64,000 nucleotides of DNA from a virus, in IMG/VR virus record IMGVR_UViG_3300032883_000188, positions 1-64,000 of that record. One strand, written 5' to 3'. The position numbers and the translations under genes are program-made. A model generated the notes under the pieces. That model did no database searches, was not told where the DNA came from, and worked only from the letters and a program-made list of their open reading frames with translations. Positions 18,679-27,814 of the stretch are shown here, piece by piece; the first letter of the stretch is position 1, and each line of letters begins with the position of its first letter.

Positions 18679-19603
18679 CCACATTCATTTGATACCTAAA
18701 GAAAGAAGTCAACTAGCCCACAGGGGAGATGTGGATTTAAGAAGTTCTCTTTATGGACTTTACCCAATCATCTCTTCCCCAATGAGGGGCATAAGTGGGG
18801 CTAGGCTGGTTATTGAAATGGGGAAAAATAATTGCTTGGGAATCTTGCATCGTTTTGGCAGTTTCAATGAGAGATTTGATTCTATTGTTAAAGTAATCGA
18901 GGCAAAAGTTCCCTTCGGACTTGCCATTGGTTTTGGAAAAGATAAGAACGAATTTATAAATTCAGAAATGAAACTAGCTAAGATGGCTGTTGATGCCGGA
19001 GCAATTATGCTTTGCGTGGATGTTGCTAATGGATATCTGCCACAGCACAAAGAACGCGGAGAATTATTAAGAACACTATTTCCAAGTATACACCTTATGA
19101 GCGGAAACGTTGTAACCCAAGAAGGGGCATACTATTTATTAAATTCTGGTTTTGATTATGTTCGTGTTGGAATTGGGCATGGTGCTAACTGTACCACCAG
19201 AAAAGCAACCGGAATAGGCAGAAATCAACTGGCGGCGCTCAAAGATTGCTCTGCTGTTGACGCACATTTGGTCATAGATGGGGGCATTGATGAAGCAGGT
19301 AAAGCGGTAAAGGCTTTTGCATTCGGGGCTGAGTTTGTAATGGTTGGAAGACTGCTTGCTGAAAGTCTTGAAGCCGAACATGAAGGCATACTGTACGGCA
19401 TGGCTTCTGTTCATAATATGATAGTAAACGGCATGGAAATTAAATCTGTTGAGGGCAAGGAAACAAAGGTTGAAAAAATAAAACCCCTCAAGGACATATT
19501 AACAGAATTTTTGTGGAACATAAGAAGTGCGTGCACATATTTAAACGCAAAACATTATACCCAAATAGGGGTTAAAGCACATGTTGTGGAGGTGAACGAG
19601 TGA
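18662..19603 (+). CDS. IMP dehydrogenase / GMP reductase family protein
   Basis: ISSPM, ILHRF, CVDVANG, GNVVT, VGIGHGANCTTR, DGGI, SACTY. Confidence 0.85.
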   Translation: MTSDYDHIHLIPKERSQLAHRGDVDLRSSLYGLYPIISSPMRGISGARLVIEMGKNNCLGILHRFGSFNERFDSIVKVIEAKVPFGLAIGFGKDKNEFINSEMKLAKMAVDAGAIMLCVDVANGYLPQHKERGELLRTLFPSIHLMSGNVVTQEGAYYLLNSGFDYVRVGIGHGANCTTRKATGIGRNQLAALKDCSAVDAHLVIDGGIDEAGKAVKAFAFGAEFVMVGRLLAESLEAEHEGILYGMASVHNMIVNGMEIKSVEGKETKVEKIKPLKDILTEFLWNIRSACTYLNAKHYTQIGVKAHVVEVNE

Positions 19604-19775
19604 TTATTGTAGGATTACTTATTCTATTTGCTCTGATTATACTTGGGGTTATTTGGTATGTTGCAAGAGAAGGTTTAAAAATAATAAACGCAATAGATAG
19701 ATTTGAAGCAGAATTGAATGACGAGCCGAAACTAGACTGATGGAATAAAATCCGTCTTTTATAAAATGGAGGACG

Positions 19776-21482
19776 ATGGAAAATATTACTTTTGAGAACG
19801 TTAGACCTTTATCTCAAACCGCAAAACAGATACTAAACAAAAGGTATATGCAAGAAGGCGAAAAGACTTGGGATGAACTTGTTGATAGGGTAATGAATAC
19901 CATTGTTCCCAAGGAAAGTGATGACTTTTTACCTACTAAGGAAATGATTAGTCATCGTTATTTTCTTCCTAATTCCCCTTGTCTGGCTAATGCAGGAAAA
20001 GAAGGGGCTGGTTTATGCGCTTGCTATGTGGTTGATTTTAAAGATACTACCGAAGGCATTATCAAGACCAAAGCCGACTTTATTTATGTCGCCCGTAAAG
20101 GAGGCGGCTGTGGCACAAGCTTGAGCAAATTACGTCCAAAAGGCTCTATTGTTGCACATAGTTCGCATGGCTATGCGGGAGGGCCGGTGGGTTTCGCTGA
20201 TACGATTTCACACGACATGAAAGTATTTACGCAGGGAGGTTTGCGTGGCATGGCAATTATGTTTACCATGTCTGTTTATCATCCTGATGTGATTGATTTT
20301 ATACAAGCCAAACAAAACGAAGAGGACAGGAAAATAGAGAATGCCAACATGTCCGTGGTGGTTGACAATCGCTTCATGGAATTGGTTAAGGCGGATGCTA
20401 AATACTGGACTGAATTTAATGGAGTAAAGTACAAGGAATATAACGCTCGAGACATTTTTAACTTGATTATAGAAGGCGCATGGAGAAATGGAGAGCCGGG
20501 ATTATTGTTTCAAGACGCCATCGATAACTCCCCCTACATGCACACCGGACAGAAAATACAGGCTACGAACCCGTGCTCTGAACAGCCCTTGCCCCCAAAC
20601 GGGGTTTGTAATCTAGGTTCGCTAGACCTTTCAAAATTTGTTGGCAAAGATAAAATAATGGATTTTTCCAAACTGGAATATGCCACCCGCTTGGGTACAC
20701 GCTTCCTTGATAGAGTAGTGGACAAGTCTGTTTATCCGACACCTGAAATCAGCGAATGGGCGCAGGAAAATCGTGCCATTGGTATGGGTATCATGGGTTT
20801 TGCGGATTATTGTTTGATGAGGCAGATTGCCTATGGCTCAGAACAGTCCATATTAGAACTGGACTATATTTTGTTTAATATATACGCATGGACAAGAGAT
20901 GAATCCGAGAAATTAGGCAAGACTCTCGGAGTACCCAAGGAATGCAGAAAATTACCCGCTCCCCGCAGGAATATCACGATTACAACTGTTGCCCCAACTG
21001 GTACGGTAAGCCTTATAGCGGGATGCTCGAGTGGAATTGAACCCATCTTTTCAGAGATTACTATACGCAATGATAAAACTGGTACGTATGTTTTCGAAGA
21101 TAAGCTGGCAGATAAACCCTATTTTCGTTGTGCGGTTTCAGCCAACGGCGCGCAGGAAGTTACTTGGGAAGAGCATGTAAGTGTGCTGGCAACCGCACAG
21201 AAGAATGTTGACTCCGGCGTAAGCAAGACCATTAACTTCCCAACCATGACCCACAGGGACACGATTTCAAAAGCTGTCTTTATGGCGTGGGAGAAAGGCT
21301 GTAAAGGTATTGCGGTTTACCGTAATGGCAGTCGCAAGATTGAAGTTCTTACACCTAAGAACATCAAGCAGGACAAGTGCCCGAACTGCGAAACCCCGCT
21401 GGTGATGATTGCCAATGTAAGAAGTTGTCCTTCCTGTGGTTGGAAGGTTAAGATTGAGACCGAAGTTAAAGTAGAGGCATAA
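19776..21482 (+). CDS. nrdJ: class II (B12-dependent) ribonucleotide reductase
   Basis: PNSPCL.NAG, NGEPG, TNPCSEQPL, CNLGSL, VAPTGT; no beta subunit nearby. Confidence 0.85.
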   Translation: MENITFENVRPLSQTAKQILNKRYMQEGEKTWDELVDRVMNTIVPKESDDFLPTKEMISHRYFLPNSPCLANAGKEGAGLCACYVVDFKDTTEGIIKTKADFIYVARKGGGCGTSLSKLRPKGSIVAHSSHGYAGGPVGFADTISHDMKVFTQGGLRGMAIMFTMSVYHPDVIDFIQAKQNEEDRKIENANMSVVVDNRFMELVKADAKYWTEFNGVKYKEYNARDIFNLIIEGAWRNGEPGLLFQDAIDNSPYMHTGQKIQATNPCSEQPLPPNGVCNLGSLDLSKFVGKDKIMDFSKLEYATRLGTRFLDRVVDKSVYPTPEISEWAQENRAIGMGIMGFADYCLMRQIAYGSEQSILELDYILFNIYAWTRDESEKLGKTLGVPKECRKLPAPRRNITITTVAPTGTVSLIAGCSSGIEPIFSEITIRNDKTGTYVFEDKLADKPYFRCAVSANGAQEVTWEEHVSVLATAQKNVDSGVSKTINFPTMTHRDTISKAVFMAWEKGCKGIAVYRNGSRKIEVLTPKNIKQDKCPNCETPLVMIANVRSCPSCGWKVKIETEVKVEA

Positions 21483-21841
21483 TGGATATATATGAATATA
21501 TGAAGGAAGTGGAAAGAACCTGCCCCCGATTAAAAGGGGAGTTCTATGATGAACTCCATATGGCAATTGGTGCGGCTACAGAAGCAGGAGAACTTTTGGA
21601 TGCATATAAAAAAGACTTTGCTTATGGTAAACCGATTGATAAAATAAACGTTGCAGAAGAGATAGGCGACCAATTATGGTATCTTGTGAATCTAATGCGC
21701 ATGTTGGATTTAGACCCTGCCGATGTGTTTGAAATAAACCTAAATAAACTTCGTGCAAGATATCCAGAAAAATTTACAGAATATAATGCATTAAACAGAG
21801 ATTTAAAAAAAGAAAGAGAGATATTGGAAAATGGCGGATAG
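21482..21841 (+). CDS. MazG-like nucleotide pyrophosphohydrolase
   Basis: EAGELLD..KK...EEIGD.LWY...N..KL.ARYP. Confidence 0.9.
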   Translation: MDIYEYMKEVERTCPRLKGEFYDELHMAIGAATEAGELLDAYKKDFAYGKPIDKINVAEEIGDQLWYLVNLMRMLDLDPADVFEINLNKLRARYPEKFTEYNALNRDLKKEREILENGG

Positions 21842-22121
21842 TATTGGCGTTGGTTTTGGTCTAGCCTTGGCTATGCTCAAAGAGGGAAGGCGAGTATATC
21901 GCATGGGTTGGAATGGCAAAGGCATGTGGCTGGTGATTGCTTACCAGACAGCAAATGAATTCAAAAAAGAAAAACCTATTAAATTCAATAAACAATATGA
22001 AGATATGGATGTGCTATATCTTGAAAACTTTATTGCTATGAAAACAGTGGATGGTAAACTTGTGCCATGGTTGGCTTCTCAAACCGATATACTCGCAGAA
22101 GATTGGTGTATGATAGATTAA
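21831..22121 (+). CDS. Tad2 / DUF2829 anti-defence sponge family
   Basis: FG.AL..LKEG..V.R.GWNGKGM...W..SQTD.LAEDW. Confidence 0.85.
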   Translation: MADSIGVGFGLALAMLKEGRRVYRMGWNGKGMWLVIAYQTANEFKKEKPIKFNKQYEDMDVLYLENFIAMKTVDGKLVPWLASQTDILAEDWCMID

Positions 22122-22150
22122 AATGAGCTTTTTATAACCTTCAAAACAGT

Positions 22151-22190
22151 AAAAAATACGGTATGCTGTGTTTCAAGCATACCGTATTTT
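22151..22190. terminator. bidirectional terminator at the arm convergence
   Basis: AAAAATACGGTATGCT-loop-AGCATACCGTATTTTT. Confidence 0.85.
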
Positions 22191-22376
22191 CTATTTTATA
22201 TATGCGGAGAAAGCAATATTATCAAGGCGAGATTGCAATTCTTTTAACTCCCCTTTTATTTTTTCAAGTTCATTTTTTTTGGCACATTGAGAACTGGTAT
22301 TTAATATATAACCAAAAGAACACACGCCCGATAAAAACCCTAGAAAAGAAAGAATTAGTAATCCAACATCGTTCAT
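22191..22376 (-). CDS. small membrane protein with coiled coil
   Basis: GGAAGG RBS, N-terminal TM. Confidence 0.55.
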   Translation of the reverse strand: MNDVGLLILSFLGFLSGVCSFGYILNTSSQCAKKNELEKIKGELKELQSRLDNIAFSAYIK

Positions 22377-22387
22377 GAATACCTTCC

Positions 22388-22735
22388 TTACAGGTTTAAC
22401 TTTTTCTCCTTTGCTTTTTTCTCTGGATGTGCAATAGCGTCTGGATGAACCGGGTCACCAAATGCGCTCATTTCGGGTACATCGATGTTGTGGTCAACCA
22501 AAATTTTTCGAAGCATAAGAACGCAACTATAGAGATTGTCATACTTCGTGCGCCAGTTTTCATTGGCGGAAGTAAGCTGTTCTACACGCTCCTGTAGGCG
22601 TGAAACTTCGTCTCTAAGTAAGGAAATTTCATCCCTGTGTGCCGCTCGTTTATCGACAGCACGGGAACTGATGAAGGCAAGGATACCAGTTATAATACCG
22701 CCGATGGCGAGAAGCAGGGTTGCATCTATTTGCAT
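22388..22735 (-). CDS. TM plus coiled-coil protein (lysis-associated candidate)
   Basis: N-terminal TM, heptad region, position at end of the tail module. Confidence 0.6.
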   Translation of the reverse strand: MQIDATLLLAIGGIITGILAFISSRAVDKRAAHRDEISLLRDEVSRLQERVEQLTSANENWRTKYDNLYSCVLMLRKILVDHNIDVPEMSAFGDPVHPDAIAHPEKKAKEKKLNL

Positions 22736-23124
22736 ATTGACCTCCCTTTTCTTCTCATATCAGCCAGTATCTCCATGTAGCCAAGCCACGCGCAAATACC
22801 GAACACAAACATGTTAATAACGCCTGTACTTCTAAAATCCCCGAAGGCATATAATACCATCATTGTAAAACAGGCGAACATGGATAAACCCGCCATAACC
22901 ATACGAGGGGTTAAACTGCCTTTGAAAACAAAGAATAATTGGAATAAACCAATTAGCATAACGGTTAATCCCCATACCCATTCTGGCGCAAGTGAGTTCA
23001 TAAAGACATATGCGCTCGAAGCGTGAAATGTTTCCCACCAAGGGGAAAGTACCCACAGACCCCATAGGGAGAGAAACAGCCCGGGTATAAATTCAAGCTG
23101 TTTCTTTTGTATTGTAAAAGTCAT
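22726..23124 (-). CDS. 4-TM membrane protein (holin-like candidate)
   Basis: Four hydrophobic helices. Confidence 0.6.
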   Translation of the reverse strand: MTFTIQKKQLEFIPGLFLSLWGLWVLSPWWETFHASSAYVFMNSLAPEWVWGLTVMLIGLFQLFFVFKGSLTPRMVMAGLSMFACFTMMVLYAFGDFRSTGVINMFVFGICAWLGYMEILADMRRKGRSICK

Positions 23125-23154
23125 TTTGCATTACCTCCTTATAAAAGTCTGAGT

Positions 23155-23919
23155 TTAATATGTTACAGTAATTTGTGGCTCTGTGTAAGTCACATTATCC
23201 CAAGATGCCGCATATCTATAACCCGTTGTGGGTAAGCTTCCACGCGTAATCCATATGCCAACTGTCTTTCCTGCACTACCTCCGCCCCAACTGGCAAGCT
23301 TTATTATTTCCTGTACCTGCCCGGTAATATCGAAAGTATATAGTGTGCCAGCCACCCAAGACGGTAGAGCATCCACAGATGTAACTGCGGCAGTCGGACT
23401 AACCGCACTCAATTCGTTATAATTGGTTGGTGCTACGGCGTTTGCTCGGTTATCGCCATATATTTTTATACTGACATCGCTGGAACTGCTTTCCGCCGCA
23501 TATATTTTCAAGGTTGCCGATTTAATAGTGCCTCCCTGCGTCAAATCAGAAGCCACAAAAGGCATCCAGTTCTTGTAATTTCCTGTTACCACACCTCCTG
23601 TAGTTTCACTACCAATCCATAAACCCAATCCTAGCGTACTGAAAGAGTCGGCTCTACCCTGCACAATACCACAGTCTGCGGTAGTTGTGCTGTAGGTTTT
23701 AGTCGTTGTGCCTGTAGTTACCGCACTGCTTGTGGCACTAAGAGTTGGTTTATTTGACACCATCGCCGCTGATACTCCTGCCGCCATGGTGGGAGTAGCC
23801 ACAAGCGCAACGGGATTTACCACCATTCTGGCGGCAGTGTTTTGCTGAGTGAACTGGTTGGATATAGATATAGTAAGAGCGTTGGTTAAATTCCTTTTGA
23901 TGGTAAATGTATCTGCCAT
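23155..23919 (-). CDS. virion beta-sandwich tail-associated protein
   Basis: T/S/G-rich; IKSATLKIY...FDITGQVQ...PQITVTY. Confidence 0.6.
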   Translation of the reverse strand: MADTFTIKRNLTNALTISISNQFTQQNTAARMVVNPVALVATPTMAAGVSAAMVSNKPTLSATSSAVTTGTTTKTYSTTTADCGIVQGRADSFSTLGLGLWIGSETTGGVVTGNYKNWMPFVASDLTQGGTIKSATLKIYAAESSSSDVSIKIYGDNRANAVAPTNYNELSAVSPTAAVTSVDALPSWVAGTLYTFDITGQVQEIIKLASWGGGSAGKTVGIWITRGSLPTTGYRYAASWDNVTYTEPQITVTY

Positions 23920-23928
23920 GGTAAACCT

Positions 23929-24360
23929 TTAGATTGTAATTACAATCGTGGCACTGGCAAACGTAACCTGCGTACCGACCTGTACAACGATGCTTGGATT
24001 AAGAATTATATACCATAAAATGTTTCCAAGTCTTGTGGTAGCGTTATCTGATATAAAAAGACTCTGCATTGTGCCCCAAGGACTGCTTGAACAAGATGGA
24101 AACTGTACGTTATGCGCATTGTTTAATGTTTGCGCGGTTGCGTTGCTCCACCATGCTGTCTGGCTGTTGGTAAAAGAAACTCTGGCATAACCGTTGCCCG
24201 AAGGTTCGGCTGTACCAATGGTTGACCCAAGTACAATGGTTGGGTCAAGAATGCTGGTGCACATCCCCCAATACATTGTAGCGGGGTTAGCCGGGTTATA
24301 AGTCACGATACCAAAGTTGTAGTTTAAAATGTTGTTAAGTGTTACATTGGTTGCTGGCAT
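23929..24360 (-). CDS. minor tail/fibre-associated protein
   Basis: EPSGNGYARV...FP.....WGT...I.D....GN.LWY. Confidence 0.7.
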   Translation of the reverse strand: MPATNVTLNNILNYNFGIVTYNPANPATMYWGMCTSILDPTIVLGSTIGTAEPSGNGYARVSFTNSQTAWWSNATAQTLNNAHNVQFPSCSSSPWGTMQSLFISDNATTRLGNILWYIILNPSIVVQVGTQVTFASATIVITI

Positions 24361-24381
24361 TTATTTTCTCCTTTCTATATA

Positions 24382-25152
24382 TTATATAGTATAATTTCCA
24401 CTAAGGTACATGGTTCTTCCGTCACCCCCGGGATAACCATTGCTATAAGTTACACAGCCCATATTCTCTGATGCAAATGATACGCCCTGTAATAAATATC
24501 CTGTAGAGGTTATTTCCCGACCTTGGATTACAATATTAGTGGTGGGTGCTATTGGTAGTGTTAAGTTAACAACGCCAGCCGCAGTTCCATTGGTTGTAAT
24601 AGTAATCGTAATTCTTACAAAAACGTTTCTTCCAACAAATACATAATGTCCTATTGACGAAACAGTTGTAAATGTTCCGCTGGCGGCGGTTATTGTCGGC
24701 GTATAATAGAAGAAAGCCGGAAAAGCAACCGGAGTTGCGTCTTTACTGAAATATGTATTTGTTATTGCACCTCCGGCAAAACTATTTCCTATAATATACA
24801 TGAAGTTGGCGTCCAGTATATTTGCGACATATCCACATTTATATGATGTTGAATCATCTTTCCATCTAACTTTATCTCCAATACTGTATGCGCTTGTGGT
24901 AGTAGCAACTACTGACCCGGAGTAATATAACCATTGATAAGGAGTAGCAATCCATCCATCATGCGTTCCTTTAAATAGAGGAGACGAATATACTTTATTT
25001 GTTAAAGTTTGTGTATATGAACCGATGGCACTCATGATGGTTGCCCATGTTTTACTCTTATGATTGTGAGTAGTAGATACATTCTCTACTGTGGGCAATA
25101 TATCTGTGTCAACAGGAGTGGTAGAACTGACAGTTAATTGGTCTAATCTCAT
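24382..25152 (-). CDS. tail fibre/receptor-binding paralog 3
   Basis: Shared N-terminus MRLDQL...PTVENVSTTH.HKSKTWATIM and shared C-terminal beta domain. Confidence 0.7.
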   Translation of the reverse strand: MRLDQLTVSSTTPVDTDILPTVENVSTTHNHKSKTWATIMSAIGSYTQTLTNKVYSSPLFKGTHDGWIATPYQWLYYSGSVVATTTSAYSIGDKVRWKDDSTSYKCGYVANILDANFMYIIGNSFAGGAITNTYFSKDATPVAFPAFFYYTPTITAASGTFTTVSSIGHYVFVGRNVFVRITITITTNGTAAGVVNLTLPIAPTTNIVIQGREITSTGYLLQGVSFASENMGCVTYSNGYPGGDGRTMYLSGNYTI

Positions 25153-25167
25153 TTTATCATCTCCTTT

Positions 25168-25947
25168 TTAAATCATATACATCCCGCTCAACCAGCATCT
25201 ACAGTTAGTTCCCCCCGGAAAGGTATTGTTATATTTTCCAATATCCATGCTTGCTCCCCCATAAGTACCCCCAAATAGTAATACTCCTCCCGATAATATG
25301 TCTTCTCTTCCAACAATAACTGCCGCATCAGCAGATGCAATCGGCAATGTTGAAATATATAAACCCGATGCTGTGCCAGCATTGGTTATAGTAAAAGTAA
25401 AATTAACAAAAATAGTCTTTCGATTCAAAAAGCAATATCCGGAAGAAGTATAGGATGTAATACTCCCTGCGGAGGCGGTTATTACAGGCGTCCATGTAAA
25501 AACCTGTGGAAAACCAACTGGCGTTAAATCGTGGCTATAATAGTTGGACGAAAGGGTAACATTTGTTACCGCGTTTCCTAAAACAGTTAAAGTAGTGTCT
25601 GCAACACCCACTACATACGCATATTTTTGAGAAGCACTTGCAGTCCATGTTATTCTATCTCCAATGGCATATTTTGTTAATCCACCAGAAGGAATAGTTA
25701 TTGTTGTTGCAGAAGCATATGCCCATGTTTCATTTGGATTTACCCAACCATCAACTATACCAATAAAAGCAGTTCCACCACCAATTGTTTTGTTTGTCAA
25801 GCTTTGCGTATATGAAGCAATGGCGTTCATGATGGTTGTCCATGTTTTACTCTTGTGAAGGTGAGTGGTAGATACGTTTTCTACTGTAGGAAATATATCT
25901 GCACCAACCGGAGAAGCGGTACTTGGAGTTAATTCATCAAATCTCAT
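25168..25947 (-). CDS. tail fibre/receptor-binding paralog 2
   Basis: Paralogous to both neighbours. Confidence 0.7.
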   Translation of the reverse strand: MRFDELTPSTASPVGADIFPTVENVSTTHLHKSKTWTTIMNAIASYTQSLTNKTIGGGTAFIGIVDGWVNPNETWAYASATTITIPSGGLTKYAIGDRITWTASASQKYAYVVGVADTTLTVLGNAVTNVTLSSNYYSHDLTPVGFPQVFTWTPVITASAGSITSYTSSGYCFLNRKTIFVNFTFTITNAGTASGLYISTLPIASADAAVIVGREDILSGGVLLFGGTYGGASMDIGKYNNTFPGGTNCRCWLSGMYMI

Positions 25948-25962
25948 TTTATCTTCTCCTTT

Positions 25963-26745
25963 TTATATCACGTAATAACCAGACATTAGAATGGTTCTAC
26001 CAGTTGCCCCTGAATATGTAGTATCATAATTATAAATGTATAAATTTGTACCAGTTATATAGCCTTCCTGCTGGTTGCCTGTTGATGTTACTTCTCTTCC
26101 AGTGATAATACAAATATAAGGGCATGATATTGGCAGAGTTGCAAGTATATAAGTTGCGGCTGTTCCATTGGTTGTGATGGTAACAGTAACAACCACGTGT
26201 ATCAGGCGTGCATTCATTTGATAAGTGCCTGTTGCCGAAACGGATGTAAACGTTCCGCTTCCAGCAGTTATTGTCGGTGTATATGAAAAATATGCCGGAA
26301 AATTCTTAGGACTTACTTTTTTACTATAAAAATTATTTGTGATAGTATAGTTTGTTACTGCATTTCCCAAAACTGTCAAAAGAGTACTTGTAACTCCTAC
26401 TACATAAGCATAAAGTACAACACTATTAGCAGTCCACATTATTCTATCTCCAATAGAATATTTCAGCGTAGCGTTTGATGGTACAGTGATTGTTGTGGAT
26501 GATGCATAAGTCCAAGTTTCATTCGCACTAATCCATAAGTCTGTTAGACCACTATAACTAACAGGAGAGGCAATTGTTTTATTTGTATATGTTCCGCCCC
26601 ATGCTCCAACCGCGCTCATTATGGTTGCCCATGTCTTTCTTTTATGGTCATGAGTAGTGGCTACATTTTCAACTGTTGGAAAAATATCCGTATCAGCGGG
26701 AGTTGTGGCACTTGAGGGTAATTGGTCTAATCTTAAATTTGCCAT
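25963..26745 (-). CDS. tail fibre/receptor-binding paralog 1
   Basis: Paralogous to neighbours. Confidence 0.7.
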   Translation of the reverse strand: MANLRLDQLPSSATTPADTDIFPTVENVATTHDHKRKTWATIMSAVGAWGGTYTNKTIASPVSYSGLTDLWISANETWTYASSTTITVPSNATLKYSIGDRIMWTANSVVLYAYVVGVTSTLLTVLGNAVTNYTITNNFYSKKVSPKNFPAYFSYTPTITAGSGTFTSVSATGTYQMNARLIHVVVTVTITTNGTAATYILATLPISCPYICIITGREVTSTGNQQEGYITGTNLYIYNYDTTYSGATGRTILMSGYYVI

Positions 26746-26757
26746 CCGTCACGCTCC

Positions 26758-27117
26758 TTAACTATGAATAGCAGGGGATATGAATACAAGTCCTTGCCCG
26801 GGTCTGAATACTTTTCCAGAAACATCTTGTATGGAAAGTTGCTGTATATATTTACCACTAAAACTGGTGGTATCTGTATCAAGAATTGTTATCGTAAACA
26901 CACCGTTGGTTGGGTCTGTAAGTGTACCTGTCTTTTGCAGACTAATGATACTCGTTTGCCCCCACGGGCAGAGATACCATGTTACGGTTGCTCCGGTTAA
27001 ATTTACCTTGTCTATACCGTTTTCTGCATAGCAGGTAAAGGTGAGGGTTTTATCTGTCCCGGCTATAAAAGGTAAGTCTGCTATATTATTAACAGAATCA
27101 TATACTGTAATTGGCAT
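26758..27117 (-). CDS. BppU-N-like baseplate protein
   Basis: LTFT...VNLTGATV...DPTNG.F...L..DT....GKY. Confidence 0.65.
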   Translation of the reverse strand: MPITVYDSVNNIADLPFIAGTDKTLTFTCYAENGIDKVNLTGATVTWYLCPWGQTSIISLQKTGTLTDPTNGVFTITILDTDTTSFSGKYIQQLSIQDVSGKVFRPGQGLVFISPAIHS

Positions 27118-27486
27118 TTAGCCCTCCTTATTTTCTGGTTCGAACATCCATTCAACCAGCAATAAATCGAATGCAGAAATACCAGAAAGCTTTTCTGGAT
27201 TTATGGGTAGAATGTTTATTTCAACTTCTTGCTCTAACACTATATTGAATTCTTTAAAATAAGCGTCTTTCTTATCGTCCAACACTTCTATATCCCCGTT
27301 TTCTTTTGGTGTACCATATCTTTTTACAAGTTCCAATCTTGCTTTTTCTATATCTTCCAATTCTGCTCCTATAATTTTTATGTTTTTATAGAGCCTGTAA
27401 GATGTTACACCATCGTTGAACGTCATCAGTCCTAACTTTTCAATGATGTTTTTAGAATCCAATAGATTAAATAATTTGACTTTCAT
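27118..27486 (-). CDS. hypothetical tail-region protein
   Basis: Helical 122-aa ORF in the tail operon. Confidence 0.65.
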   Translation of the reverse strand: MKVKLFNLLDSKNIIEKLGLMTFNDGVTSYRLYKNIKIIGAELEDIEKARLELVKRYGTPKENGDIEVLDDKKDAYFKEFNIVLEQEVEINILPINPEKLSGISAFDLLLVEWMFEPENKEG

Positions 27487-27487
27487 C

Positions 27488-27802
27488 TTATTTTCCTTTT
27501 TCTAGAATTTCTATTCTTTCAAGTAATTGCTGAACTGCTACTGTGAGCATGGAAACCATTGCGCCCAAGTCCCTTCCTTCTATTGTTTCTTGTCCTGTTA
27601 TTACATTTTCTGGCGGAAGGATTTCACCGTGTTGGTCTTTCAATGGTTTTCCATGTTTATCTAATGGTTGAACAAGTTCTTTTATATCTTTTTTTATATT
27701 TCTTTTTGCAAATGTTGGAACGGTTGACATGTCCAAATGACCATCAACAGTTCCTTTTATTTGTTTTATTTCGCTTAAAGCATCTCCAAAATAATATCCC
27801 AT
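27488..27802 (-). CDS. stand-alone intramolecular-chaperone-like (S74-type) domain
   Basis: GDALSEIK...GRDLGAMVSMLTVAVQQLLERIEILE with C-terminal coiled coil; own AAGGAG RBS. Confidence 0.6.
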   Translation of the reverse strand: MGYYFGDALSEIKQIKGTVDGHLDMSTVPTFAKRNIKKDIKELVQPLDKHGKPLKDQHGEILPPENVITGQETIEGRDLGAMVSMLTVAVQQLLERIEILEKGK

Positions 27803-27814
27803 TTTACTCTCCTT

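Noticed and set aside
24382-26745. Diversity-generating retroelement or invertible shufflon at the fibre paralogs
   Set aside because: No reverse transcriptase, no adenine-specific TR/VR pair seen, and all copies are full-length in the same orientation
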